DNA from: Balanoglossus misakiensis
Taxonomy: Eukaryota > Animalia > Hemichordata
DNA length: 64,000 nt
Assembly (NCBI GenBank): GCA_040954595.2
Contig: CM082578.2
Location: forward strand, 15,856,998 to 15,920,997
Direction of reading: 5' to 3'
Made by a program: the position numbers and the translations under genes. Below, one piece after another: positions 1 to 12,430 of the stretch (within the stretch, counting starts at the first letter, position 1; each line of letters opens with the position of its first letter). The notes under the pieces were generated by a model that did no database searches, had not been told where the DNA came from, and saw nothing but the letters and a program-made list of their open reading frames with translations.

Positions 1-2368
1 AATTAAAGCTGGGTCCACCAATAATCGAGGTATTAACCTTGTTACCCGTCGGGTCTATCACGTGAGCTTTTAAGTCCTTTTGCTCAGTGTCTGAAAAATT
101 CACCAAAAACGAACTGTGACGTCACAATTTTCAAAAAACAAGCGAAATTTGAGAACAATTATCGAAACAATTGTGCATAACATTGGGATTGTTTACAGTT
201 TTCTAATGGGACATGAACTACAAACTTTTGTTATAAATTCATCAATTCACGGCCTTACCAGGAATCCTCAGCTCCAATTCGCACACACGTTTCTTAGAAG
301 CAACTACAGAAGTCACTTTTCTGCTTGCTAACACATCCGGACTTTCATCTTCGACGTTAACGATGAACGGACTACCTATAGCGATTAAACAGAGCCAATT
401 GAAACTTCTGGTGGTAATAATCTCGCGACAGTCTTAAGTGTTACGTGGATCACGTATGTTATCTTACATGTATCTGAGAAAAGAGGGCAACATTGTAATG
501 AGCGATGATCTCAGATGGCAATACGAACGGCCATATTCATATTTTGAAAACTCCGTGTCTAAGTACACGTACACTATGATAGCAGAAATGTATCTAACGG
601 ACCTGGTACATGATGGTCTGAGTATTTCACGTTAAGGATGTATTGTCCGGGTATGTTAGGACGATACGACGCCATGCATAAACCGTGACGTGTTTCTTGC
701 AAATTCACCGTGGTTTTGCTCGGTCCTTCTATGGTTACATCCAGTATCCCGAAACCTATAGTTGAAAGATACGTCATTTTAGAAGCGCATTATTGCGATG
801 AAATAGTATTGTACACAAGATAGCACAGACTGTAGGATTATGTTGTAGCGAAGAACGGAATTCTGACTGTGTCTGGAACCTACGAAACTCACCAGCCTTT
901 GTCGTGTCAACGAAGAATTGAACAATCTGACCGACAATTATTCCATCCGTAAACAATTCCGACACCCTGACTTTGCTGGCATTAGCCACTTCTCGCTCGG
1001 CGACACTTATCTTGAAGGGACTGTTTTTGACATGGTGACCATCCTTTTGTACATTGACTATGTGTTCACCCGATTCTTTGATTGCAAATATTATCCCTAC
1101 AAGGGAAAAATCAGAATGATAAAAAATCATAAACGGCTACGCATGATACAGCGATTCAGAAACAATCAAACAACTTTTGAACGATTTAAGGTTATTACAT
1201 AGAGTCGCACCACTGAAATTTTTAGATCAGTATAGACATACATACACCATGTATTTTTTCACTGCTGAAACAAAATTATATCCGTAGTTGTCATGGGAAT
1301 GGGTACGCACCTAAATTGCCATTTGACAGTCTTTTCAGTTTGCATCCCTCTATATTTCCTGATGGTTTCTCAATGGTTGCCGATAGTCGACTGATGTCAT
1401 CCTCACTGACTTGAAGAGGCAAACTCCTCATCTCATTTCTCGCTCTCTGGTCTGTCTCCTTGCCTAGAATAATAACCGGTATAATATAAGGGATTATGTA
1501 TTATGTGTGTAAAGTAGTTCTTGGAGAAACGCCATTGTTTACAGTCTCCACTAAACGCACTGCTATAAATTCCAAGAAACCGTAACACCTTATGGATGTG
1601 ATGAACCAGGTGGACTGCAAAAAGGGTTAACTGAAACCCCAAAGAGATCAGCGATCTGTTGTCTTGCTTATAGCCTGTTGTCTTGCTTTGGAGACTTACC
1701 AATGATATTGGCTTGGAACGGACTGCCAGGAACATGCTCGTCAGCAAAAGTGACGGTTACATTGTATTGGCCTGGTTCTGTTGGCAAATACGTAATGCTG
1801 CAGGTGCGGTCTTTGTTGTTATGGAATGTGATGGGAACCTTTGATGGGCCCACCACTGCAACTGATAGTGTTCCTACAAAATGCGATAATCATCATATCG
1901 TTATAATAGATTAAAATATTGGTGATTCATTAAAAAATTCTTGACCTACTCCATTTTTTGCAAATGAACATTATAATATACTTTTTTTATCCTAGTCGAT
2001 CTTACCTTCGCCCGAGTCGGCCCCAATGTGGATTTTAAACCTACACGTTTCACCAACCACGCCTTGCACAAGACCTTCACCATAGGCCGTGACCCGACGG
2101 CTATCGAATTCAACTCCATCTCCATAACCTGAAGAGAGTTGCATTGACCTGATGATTAGAGGAACATTCAATATTTTGACAATATTCACAATGAATATAG
2201 ATTTTGCATCCCATAAACTTTTTGTGTGAACTCTTATTACAATTTGCTTGTACTTTGTATTGCTCTGTTTTGTTTGTATTATGTTAGTCGCTATCACTGG
2301 AGAATAAAAGGGTTTTGCTCACCAGCCGTGGTCTCTCTGTCTGAATCGACTGTATACCTCGTCATCAT
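1..2368 (-). CDS. Filamin-like protein made of Ig-like filamin repeats (C-terminal rod repeats ~17-20 visible); 3' part continues beyond the left edge
   Basis: GT-AG exons, all phase 1: 2368-2323, 2128-2006, 1873-1700, 1463-1311, 1096-893, 755-603, 375-259, 90-1. They join into RVTAYGEGL..GTLSVAVVGPSK..YLPTEPGQYNVTVTFADEHVPGSPF..CKLKRLSNGNLGIIF..GFGILDVTIEGPSK..HVPGSPFIV, which are typical filamin repeats. The start ATG at 2368 is inferred. Confidence 0.9.
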
Positions 2369-4887
2369 TCTCCACTTCGTATCAAGGAACGATTCTGTTA
2401 TTCAAAATGAATAAAAATACAGAAAAAAAACTGTGTATGAAAAATTCTATATATCTCACTATTCATGCAATTAATTCTCACTGTAAATATCGTAGTTATA
2501 CCCAGATAAGTCACACAAAAAGGACTTCCGAATTTCTCTTCGCTAAGTGTAGAGATTTTATCTACAGCAAGATGCTGCGAGATTACTTATAGTGCTACGA
2601 GTTGTGACTACGAATACAGAGGCTACTGAACCGTTTTCATTAGCGGTGCAGTTACTCCACAAGAAAAAAACCTGCCTGTTTAAGCCATTGTTGTGACTGG
2701 TGTATGTCATCGGATCAAGCGAAGAGGTCCTTTATCGTTGAATTCATTTTTTGTCGAGGCACTACAGGGAGTGTAAGCGGGTACGTGCACCGACACAAAT
2801 ACTTCGCTCACCTTCCCAAGTTGCCTTATCCCCAAAACTATCACCGTTTAGGGTAGGTCGGTCGTAAGCATTTTCAGAATTAGGACACACTTTGTTATGC
2901 TTGACCGAGGTAAATATTTTCGTGGGTGAAGTTGGGCGTGGGGTGGCATATATGAACGGAATTTGCTCTGGACACACCAGAGTAACTCCGTGGTTTTGCC
3001 TCCGCCCCCTCATAGAACGTATACGGTAATGGCAGTATAGTTGGTGCCACATAAAAGTATATGTCGACACATACTACATGGGCGTAGGTGAAACACTTGC
3101 CTCAAGGTCAAGGTGTTCAGTGTAGGCTCATTGCCAATATTATGAGGTCACGCCATTCAATTCATTATACTCTATTCATAGCATATTCATTTTCTACAGA
3201 ATGTGTATTGCAAAAATACTTCGGACTAGACATATTGTGTGACTTTGTACTTGTTAAATTTCGACAAGCTAGGATCTGACCTGGTATTGGGAATCGAAAA
3301 GATTTGCTTGTGCCTAAGTCGTCCTCGCATAGAGACAGACACGTCTTGTCTCAAGATTTTCAGATAAGAGACACGCAGTCTTATCCCAAGCTTGGATTTT
3401 CTTATATTGTCATCAACTTTTGCGCGTACCCTTACTTTTGCACGACTGGGGTGATAACACCGCTGACCTAACTAAAGAAATGCATGTCAGCCTTGAGGTC
3501 ATGGAAATTGCATGGTCAGTTGGAAAAGTAACAGATCACGGATAGAGCTTTACAGAACGAACTGCGGATGGCACCCAAGGAGGGAAAATAGGCACAGGAT
3601 ACTTACAATGCCGTGGTAAATCCCCCGCTACAGAACATGAGATTTCTGCTGCCCCATCTGGTACAAAACTATCTGCAATTGGCGTCCACTGAGAGGACCC
3701 ACCCTTGGTGTGACATGGCATAGCTTGCCCACGGCTAGTGGCTACTCAAGCATATCTAAATACAACAATAGGGTCTTGTACTTCGGAATTTTATGGCATG
3801 TGTCCGTATTCTTTACCGTTGACACGTACATTTAGCTAGTTATTCTATTATGCAGATCTCATTTTGTGTTTCCAACCTTCTCCCTAACATGATTTCATCA
3901 TGACAGCAATATAACGTAGGCGATATCTGCCTGTTGGTTGTTTTCTTGTGATCCGGGTTTCTGGTAATGTTCCCAAAATTATTAATATACATAGGAGTAA
4001 ATACCATTTAAAGGTTAAGTACTTTCCCCGACCCACTCAAAGCAAGCGGGAACGACCCACTACAAAGCACTATTGATAACAAGAGCTTTCCAGCATCCAA
4101 AATGACGCCGCCAAGAGTTCAACTAAGAAATGTTCTTTTTGAAAACAGGAAGATCGTCATGGAACTCCTCTTCAGAGTTTATGGTACATGCATCATTTGC
4201 GAAAAGTACAATAACCAGAGTTCCATATAGAAAAGAGAATTAACAATTCGAATTCTCATATTAAAAATAGGGGCATCTATTTTGCTAAAGTAAAGCCCTG
4301 GACGTGACTGAATCAGTGGCCCGGGGAGGGTACTTTTCAAAGTCTTGCACCAAAATCGCCTGACTTTCCTCGCAGTAGGTGAATTAAAACTAGTCAGGCT
4401 TACATAACCAGTGGTTACTTGTGCAATGAAGAGTATAACATATTCATTTTATTTTAATTTTTATTCTAGTTCATGTCTCCTTTGCTAGCCATACTGATTT
4501 GAATCAATAGCCTACATACATAGATACCACAATAGTGCGCCCCCATGGTTATTCTTGAAATTTGACATCTTTTCGTCGAAATTTTCTTAATTTCCTGTTT
4601 GATTTCTTACTCAGATGTATGAGGTGACAATTGCCTGGCATCCTTTCATTTAATGTAATTCTCCAGTCATGAACACTTCGAAAAACAGCGTCCGGTAAAA
4701 TACCCATGACTAAAGCCTGTATTGTTATGCAAATAAACCGGAAGTAAGTGGGTAATCGACGTTGGGCATACTGGTATTGCATTCGTCGTCAACATGTACG
4801 TGATCAACGCGTACACAATCTTTATTTCTTGAAGATCCACGTGGACGAGAGAACAGGACGTTTTCTGAAAGGGGGCTGAAGCCCAAA

Positions 4888-7800
4888 ATGACCATTATCA
4901 TGAGTTCGCTTATTTCAGAAGTGAAGACTGGAGACACGGATGGAGTCGAGCGAATTTTGCGCCAGAGCGACGTAAACGACACTATCAACTATCAAGATGC
5001 TGACCGCCGGGAAACGGCGTTATTCTGTGCCTGTGCTCGGGGATTCTTAACCATAGTGCAGCTGCTGCTGTCGTTTAAGGCCAGACTTGACTTGTACACC
5101 ATTTGGGGTGGCACTCCACTCCACGCTGCAGCCGAAAACGGCCACGAAAATATCGTCAGGTAGGTTAACATCGCTGTGTGCAATGCAATGGAAGCCTACT
5201 GCTGGTGTATCCCGTTGGAACGCGGAAATAGTCGTATGAGGAAATAAAAAAGGGGAATATATATCAGACGTGTTTGTATAACAAAATGCGAGACCTGTAG
5301 GCATTGCTGAACCTCTCCTACTGCATGAAATCATTTTTTCAAAGTAGAAATCTGGGTGTTTATATTTTTATTTAGCTGCGACCGCTCAGTTCATGTATGT
5401 CTTGCTGTTCGAAACCACAGCACAGGCACGTGCGCTCAGTGTAGTAGGCTATAGTCGCAGTTTGTGTGCCACGCTTTGACATGTTTACGTTGCATTGCAG
5501 TGTGTAGCACCCACTGAACGAAAGGGCACACTGGACTTCGGCCCAGGCGGGCATTGCTCTCATTCTGCTGTACCTTAGGGTACAGACACGATGAGGCGAC
5601 TACCAGGTCTACTGTAGACAGCCAACATAATGATGTGACAGCTGTATTTTAAAACGAAATCTTAGTAGACCTGTTTTGGCTAAATCGTCATTTCTTTCTG
5701 TGAATATACAAGTGCAGTCGCGCCCAAACCGTCCTCAGAATAGCGAATATTGACCTTACCTCCTTGGTTGCATAACAGGCCTACATTTTGCACCATATTT
5801 GAACGAATTCCGAAAATAGATACGTTTCGGTTCAGAATGTTCAGGTTGTGACGTCATCATCCGCTCGCACGGGACGTCAGCTGGACTGCAATCTCTGCTC
5901 TCTCTCCCTAATTTTCGGAGAGCAAAGATACCTTGGCAGGCGAAGATGGTATGACGTAGTCACTGCTGACTTTTGGCCAGTACATGTACAAACCACATGC
6001 TCTCTACGCGTATACGATGTGAAATAAAAATGGGGTATCAAAAGTCGATGGAAATCTTGCCACTGAAACCTGTTCCTTGCGTCACGAGCACATATTACCC
6101 CAAAACCATGTCCTGTTGTCAGTGGATTTTAGCAAGTCAAGCTAATTCGACCCATGTTCGACTGGATGGTAAACCCATACATATTTTATTGATGGCTATA
6201 CGCGAGGAATTAACAGACGAAAAGCGTCTCGTAAAGTTATATCATTATTCTTTTTATGCAGCTACGGAGGTTTACCGTGTCTAAAACAGTCTATCATTCT
6301 GGGGAAAAATACAATATAGATCATGTTAGACATACAGGATATCTTAGATAAGCTGCATTTCTATAAAATCCTCCCTGTGGATCATAAAATTGAGTTGGAA
6401 CGTCGCGAAAGTCTCATGTTAAGGTTTACCTGATGACCGACTGCCGCACATCTTTTTTGCGTATAGGTTTCTGTCAATACTTGCTCTCAGGCTGCGCTAT
6501 TCCACACTTGCTTCTTCAAGGAGGATGCCTCGTGCAGTTTACAACATTACATCAAAATAAACCCACTCTAACGCCCAATTGTCTTCACCTCGCGGTGTTT
6601 TAAATTATCTTCCTGAATCTTTCGACGAAATAATGGTTTAAGTAGGTGTTTTGATTTTCTCGGAAAGAATACGAAAAAAGGTTTGGTCGTCTTGGAGAAA
6701 ATGTTTCAAGTATAAAAGTTTACTTTTTCTTTTCAAGTATAAAACTTTACTTTTTTCTTTTCAAGTATAAAAGTTTACTTTACTAACACAAAAAGGTATA
6801 AGACCTCCAGATCTGGTTCAACGCCCGCAGTTTTGTTAATAGCCAATCACACGGCTGCTCTACCAGGAAGTAGTCGATCATATATTGTTAGGAGGACAAG
6901 CTAGATTGGCCTATATCCCGGACAGAAGACAGACACAGAACTTGTTTTAAATTACTCACTGAAAAAGGGCCGACGGAACAGTTTTGGGGTATCTACTCAC
7001 AAAAGATAAACTGTGACTAAAATCACAAATCGAGTAGTTACATCGCATTTAGTCAGCAGAGAGTATTAATTAACGTTCGAGGTAAAAAGTGACGTCAGGC
7101 AGTTACTTTGACAACGTCTAGAAGTAACCAAGGGCAGACAACGCTAAATGTTGCATTTTGTCTTAATTTTGGTGAAAAATTCAAGCTACTCATTCCCAAT
7201 GACAACGTATAATAGTTAAGAGAATTAGAGTTGTGCAGACGTACGATTCAATTTTGGTCATTAGAAATTAGTACCATTATAATATTTTTCTGAGCGGCAT
7301 TGGTGGCGTGACGTGCTTAACGTGTACTAACTATCCAAGGGGGAAGTCATTACTCAAAAATCGTGTTGACGGCATAATAAGCCATCGCATGAATTGGAGC
7401 CGGCCAGTGGCAGCTCTATGATCTATAAACAACAGTGAATCAAATCAATTTCAGCACTGTACTCGGCATGAAACTGCACCGGACCGGAAATAGCCTGGTT
7501 ACGGAAATCAGGCCACGGAACTTTGAAATCACTGTTGAAGAACAAAAAAAAAAAAAAAACTAATGAATTTTGGCATTTGTTGAAAAGCCGGTGCAGTCGT
7601 GACAGATATATGTATTTTTCATCTTACGACATTCAATATAAATCAGGTGCTATTCGTTCGTGTGAGCGCCTTAATATTGCGCCATTCCAAGAAATGATTG
7701 AAAAGGAACGTTAATATTCTCGTTGATGCACGTCATCAATTCTTTCCTTCAAGAAAACGTTTACATACAACACGTGGCGTACACGTTTTCTGTAATAAAT

Positions 7801-10800
7801 GCAGTTTGTAAAGACTTTGAAAGCAGACATTATACATTCAAGAGTTCTGTGAAGTAACTGTCAGTCGAATTCCCCACATCCAGGATGTACAAAGACTAAA
7901 AATAAACTGGAAAACGACTTATTATTCCCATAATTTTAAAGTTTATTGGCACATTTTCTACAAAGTTCCAAGACGACATACAGATTGTGAAACTTGTCAA
8001 CTTAATGAACACGTTTCAGAATTTTCGAATACCCGAACTTACAGCCCACGTTAGCTTTTTTATTATTATTTTTTTTTTATTTTTCGATATACCATTGTTT
8101 GAAATCACTTGCCAACAAGTTTTTGGAGTTGATGCTAGTCCCACATGATTTATATATATCCCGATATAGATCTTTTCGATGAGATCGCCAATGATAATAA
8201 CAGTTACCCATTCACCTCAGCGTTATCTTAAATTTTAATGATATCCGGCTTCCAACCAGGAACCACAATCGGTCAACAGCCGGACAAATCAATAATTATG
8301 TTTTTTATAGCTATTTATGTTATTTAACCCCCCCCCCCCCCCTGTGTAGTATGAACCCCGGGAAACCAAGCCGATAGAGAGCATTTGCAAAATTATGTAT
8401 GCATGATTGAAATCCCATGTCGTGACTTTATCGAACACCGCCACAAACATCCCGGCCATTGCTTTTTGTCGTCTGCTGATGTGGTCACGTTCTCGTCAAA
8501 CAAGATGGTAAAATGGCATTCACGAGCGAGATCTGAGTAGTCTTTGACAAAGCATCACCTTTACGATCATTCTTGTCACGTTTTCGGTGGGTATTTTTTT
8601 CGGGGATGCACAGATGGGATGTTTTCCAGTAAGACGCCTTCGTTTCTACGTAATCCCTTGATCAAGCGATGACCCAGATTTGACTGATAATGGTTTATGG
8701 TATTCACAGATCATTCAAGCTTCAGCACTCGTAGCTTTTCATCACACTGGCCGCAGGAACATCATATCGCTGCTCCATTGGGCATGTGATTGTTGAAAGT
8801 TTATCAATTTTTAACATGAAAACTAATTTAGATGACCAGGATTGAGTTTCAAGGACTTGTATATAAGGTTGTCAACACAAACTACTGTTGCCTAGAATCC
8901 CAAGTATTTGTTGTCTGGAACATGCAATTGAACTCATTATCTGAAAAAAAGTCAGAAGTTTTTTTCTGGAAAAATAATAACAAGTCACACGTAAATGTTT
9001 CTAGACCAATAATATTTACATACTGTTACAATTAATATGTAGATTTATACCACGCACCGCACTCGCCCTATGCCACCACGTTCGCCCCAACAACTTGACC
9101 CAACCGGCCGGCCAAACAGTCAGTCAGTCAATCAATCGAAGTATCGTCTCAACTACTAGTACTTCGTACTTTAAAATATCGTGATGTAATGAACTGGGAT
9201 GCTCAATACAACTACCTTGGCAACTCTTTTAGTGATAGGTAAAAAAAGACGATTTAAATACATCTGAAATATTTCACTCCCAAAAGTATATATTGTAGCT
9301 TTCGCCACCGTCCATCATAATTGTCCGTGGCATAAATGCTTTTGTAGCTCCCATTCATGCAAACTTAACCAGACTTCCTTCCCATACTGTCGTTTATTTA
9401 GATGCGGTTCTCTTTATTTTTTGCGATTTACTTCCTGGTGGTCATAATTTACCTACTGAGGATGCATCATTTCTGTGCAGATATTTCATATAATCTCACA
9501 TTGACAGTAATAATTCTCTGTATTGATCTGTGTATACATTCTCCAATGACATATATTTCAAACTCATAATCTGCGTACCTATATATTTGGATTTTCATAC
9601 TGACATAGTGGTCGCCATACTTGTCACTACAAGTAGTGAGCAGACGTCGTTGTAATCGTTTGTTGTCGTAGCAAGGCAACCGTACTTCGTCACGACGACA
9701 CTCCTTGACATAATACCTTGCCCATAAAGAAATGTCATATAGTAGTCCCACATTCCTGGCCACTGGGAGTGTAAGATCGAGTATGGGATCAGGGATCAAA
9801 TCGATCACACGCTCTCTTGGACTTCAGAGCGTTTATGACGTGAGCGCTGATTGGATAGAAACCGTTCTTTGATTTAACGCACCCGAAATGTTATCCAGCG
9901 GCATGATGTGTAGTATACGGACAGGAACTATTACATGCGAAGTTACGTTTCATGTTCATGTGAGGAAACAGAATCTCACTCGGGATCCGGGGTAACATTT
10001 CTCACACTTGGGATTTTTTTGTCTAACACGTACAGCAGAAGAGTGTGAGACAAACTATTATTTTAACGTAACATGGCGACTTCAACTACATGTACCAGGT
10101 CCATTGATTATGACGTAACATATACATCTTATTGCCATTATAAGTATGGTGTGATGAAAATAGCACAGAGACGAAGAAGGTACAGACGGAGTTGCTTTGA
10201 CCTTTGACCCACAGTATGTAGGGTTTACAGGGATGTGTCGGTTGATTTGACGGTCCCTCTAATCTCAGCGTCACGTAATTATTGTGTCGGAGCATGCTCT
10301 CTGTATTTTAACTTAGAATGTTTGGTCTTGTATCAAAGAGACGCCTGTGTTTCGTTGACTAGTTTTGCTGTGCCAAAACTTGAATAACGACGTGTCTAAG
10401 CAAATGACTATGCATAACTAAAATCTTCACCAATTCAAAAAAAAAAAACTAGAATAAAATTATACAGCAGTGTCTAGTTGTGAAATTTATAAAGTGCTAA
10501 CAAATCTATCGATAAACCACGCATACAGATTGTGTCCACGATTGATTCCTGGGGGTTTCCAGTTTCAAACCGACTTGTCATCGGTGTTTGAACACCTTTG
10601 CCAGACAATGCCTTGAAGTAAACCTCCACTTGTTTGACAATCAGCTGTTTAAATACCGGAGCCACGATTCAGAAATTGTGACTTGATGCTGAACTAAAAG
10701 TCGTTTTGTACAGGCTATTAAAAGTAAATGAATTTTCGCACCCGGAAGTGGGTGGATCTTTACTTCCTGGATCACACCTCGATTTCCCCTGCGCTTTCCC

Positions 10801-12430
10801 TGATCACGGTGAATCGATAGGCGTGTTATCGGGGAAATCCCTTTCCTTGCGTCCGCAAAAACCAGACATAAGCACGATGAGGCTTCCAGGGTATGTCTGA
10901 CTGTCAGCCATGTCACGGTCGCTTAGAGACAGTACCACCTGCGCCATCTTGTTTCTTACGTCATTGCGCTGATCACCTGTCGCGGCGCTGTTTTCCCCCA
11001 GGTGTCGTGTAACCATACTAACCAAATCATTATGCAAATTAGCTACTGTCAGATACACCGTACAATTTGCCAATTTTGAATCTTGTAATGTTTAACATTG
11101 TGTAATGTTTCATCATTTTGTCCCGATCCATCTCGTTAGTTTTCTTACACGATGATTTCATTGCAGTACTTTGTGCAGTTTTCATGACATTTGAACTGCA
11201 ACTCGTGCCTGTTATCAACAATAATATATGGTGTTAATTTATTGCCTTGTTTGCAGGCTCTTGCTTCAGCACAAGGCCAAAATCGATGCGCAGACTCACT
11301 ACGGCGACACAGCTTTGCACTTGGCTGCCTTTCGAGGCCATTTCAATGTGGTGAAGATTTTGGTGGAGGCCGGGGCTGCCACTGCCGTTCGTAATGTGAA
11401 GTATAATAGACCAATAGAAGAAGCCGGTATACACGGACATAGTCTCATTGGCAATTACTTGAGCGATTTTGGTGAGATTCAAGTTTATCTAAGTTTATCT
11501 ACCTATACAACTTGCTTGAGTCGCTTATTCGTTCCGTGATCAGTTTTTTTCTAGGTCCACCGTACATACGAAGGAAAAGAAATCTCTGCAGACTTATGTT
11601 CGGACAACTGGTTGCCAAAATAGAAGTGTCAGGAAACAACAAATAAAAGGCGTTCTGGAGTTTTCGTTGGTTCTCAACCAGATGTTCGTTTTTATCTTTT
11701 AGAAAAGAGAAAAGAGCGCACATCATCCGCATCATCGGCTCCAGTCCCATGTGTACCTGTCTCGGTGGAGTGTTACACCCCAATGCCACACCCTACATAC
11801 ACTGCATCTCAGCCATCACGTTACGGTAATGGTGAACGCCTGTTTTCCGAGGTGAATGATCTGTCGAAGGACCAGGTCGACTGGAGCCCACATGTGGGCT
11901 TCAACAGTAACATCCCAATTGCTGACGGAATTCAAAGATGGCAGGGGCCGCCTGGAAGGGCTCTGTATGTTGCGGATGGCGTTCCCAGTCGAAATGATTT
12001 TTTCAACAACGATAACCTCGTTACGGATGGAGTCCCAAGACGACAGGCGGTAGAATGTGAGGAGCCAGTCGCTGACAGATTCCACAGAAGGCGGGAACCC
12101 GTTGAAAGTTTGGACCCTACTGCAGTGGTGTCGCCGCCACCCGCATTCAATCATCCAGACAAGATGGGAAACGCCCTGAATAACACAAGTTTCGCGGAAG
12201 ATGGTCGCCGGGCAACCGTCCATTTGATGCGCTGCAGAGAAGAGCTCGCTGGAATTCAAACTAATTTGCAACAGACACGAGACGAGCTGGAAGGATGCCG
12301 TTCTATACAACAGCACACACTGGATAAGGAGAAATACATTAATGACAAAGTAATGCGACTGACCATTCGCGAGCGTGATCTCATGCTTAGGATAAGGCAA
12401 TTAGAAATAGGCCAAAGCCATGGTAACTAG
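4888..12430 (+). CDS. Ankyrin-repeat protein (~4 ANK repeats) with a low-complexity middle region and C-terminal coiled coil
   Basis: Exons 4888-5159, 11257-11471, 11703-12430, with compatible phases. ANK motifs ETALFCAC, GGTPLHAAA, GDTALHLAA; heptad-rich tail REELAGIQTNLQQTRDELE. An alternative end is possible via donor 12423 to a short exon 12792-12811. Confidence 0.8.
6704..6781. repeat. Short tandem repeat, ~3 copies of TTTCAAGTATAAAAGTTTACTTTTTC
   Basis: Three near-identical ~27-29 bp units read directly. Confidence 0.85.
10551..11039. promoter_or_regulatory. Putative intronic enhancer with clustered kappaB, ETS and octamer motifs
   Basis: GGGGGTTTCC (10551), CCGGAAGT (10742), ACTTCCT (10762), GATTTCCCC (10781), GGGGAAATCCC (10831), ATGCAAAT (11032), all within ~490 bp of ankyrin-gene intron 1. 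Confidence 0.35.

Noticed and set aside
4017-4335. Possible old MITE (AAGTACTTTCCCCGACCCAC ... GTGGCCCGGGGAGGGTACTT)
   Set aside because: Only ~16/20 terminal identity and no clear TSD; cannot be supported without a copy-number search.
11555-11646. Alternative ankyrin-gene exon 3 from the acceptor at 11554
   Set aside because: It reaches TAA after ~30 codons, whereas the acceptor at 11702 opens the long frame. It may be a minor isoform, but there is no evidence for that.
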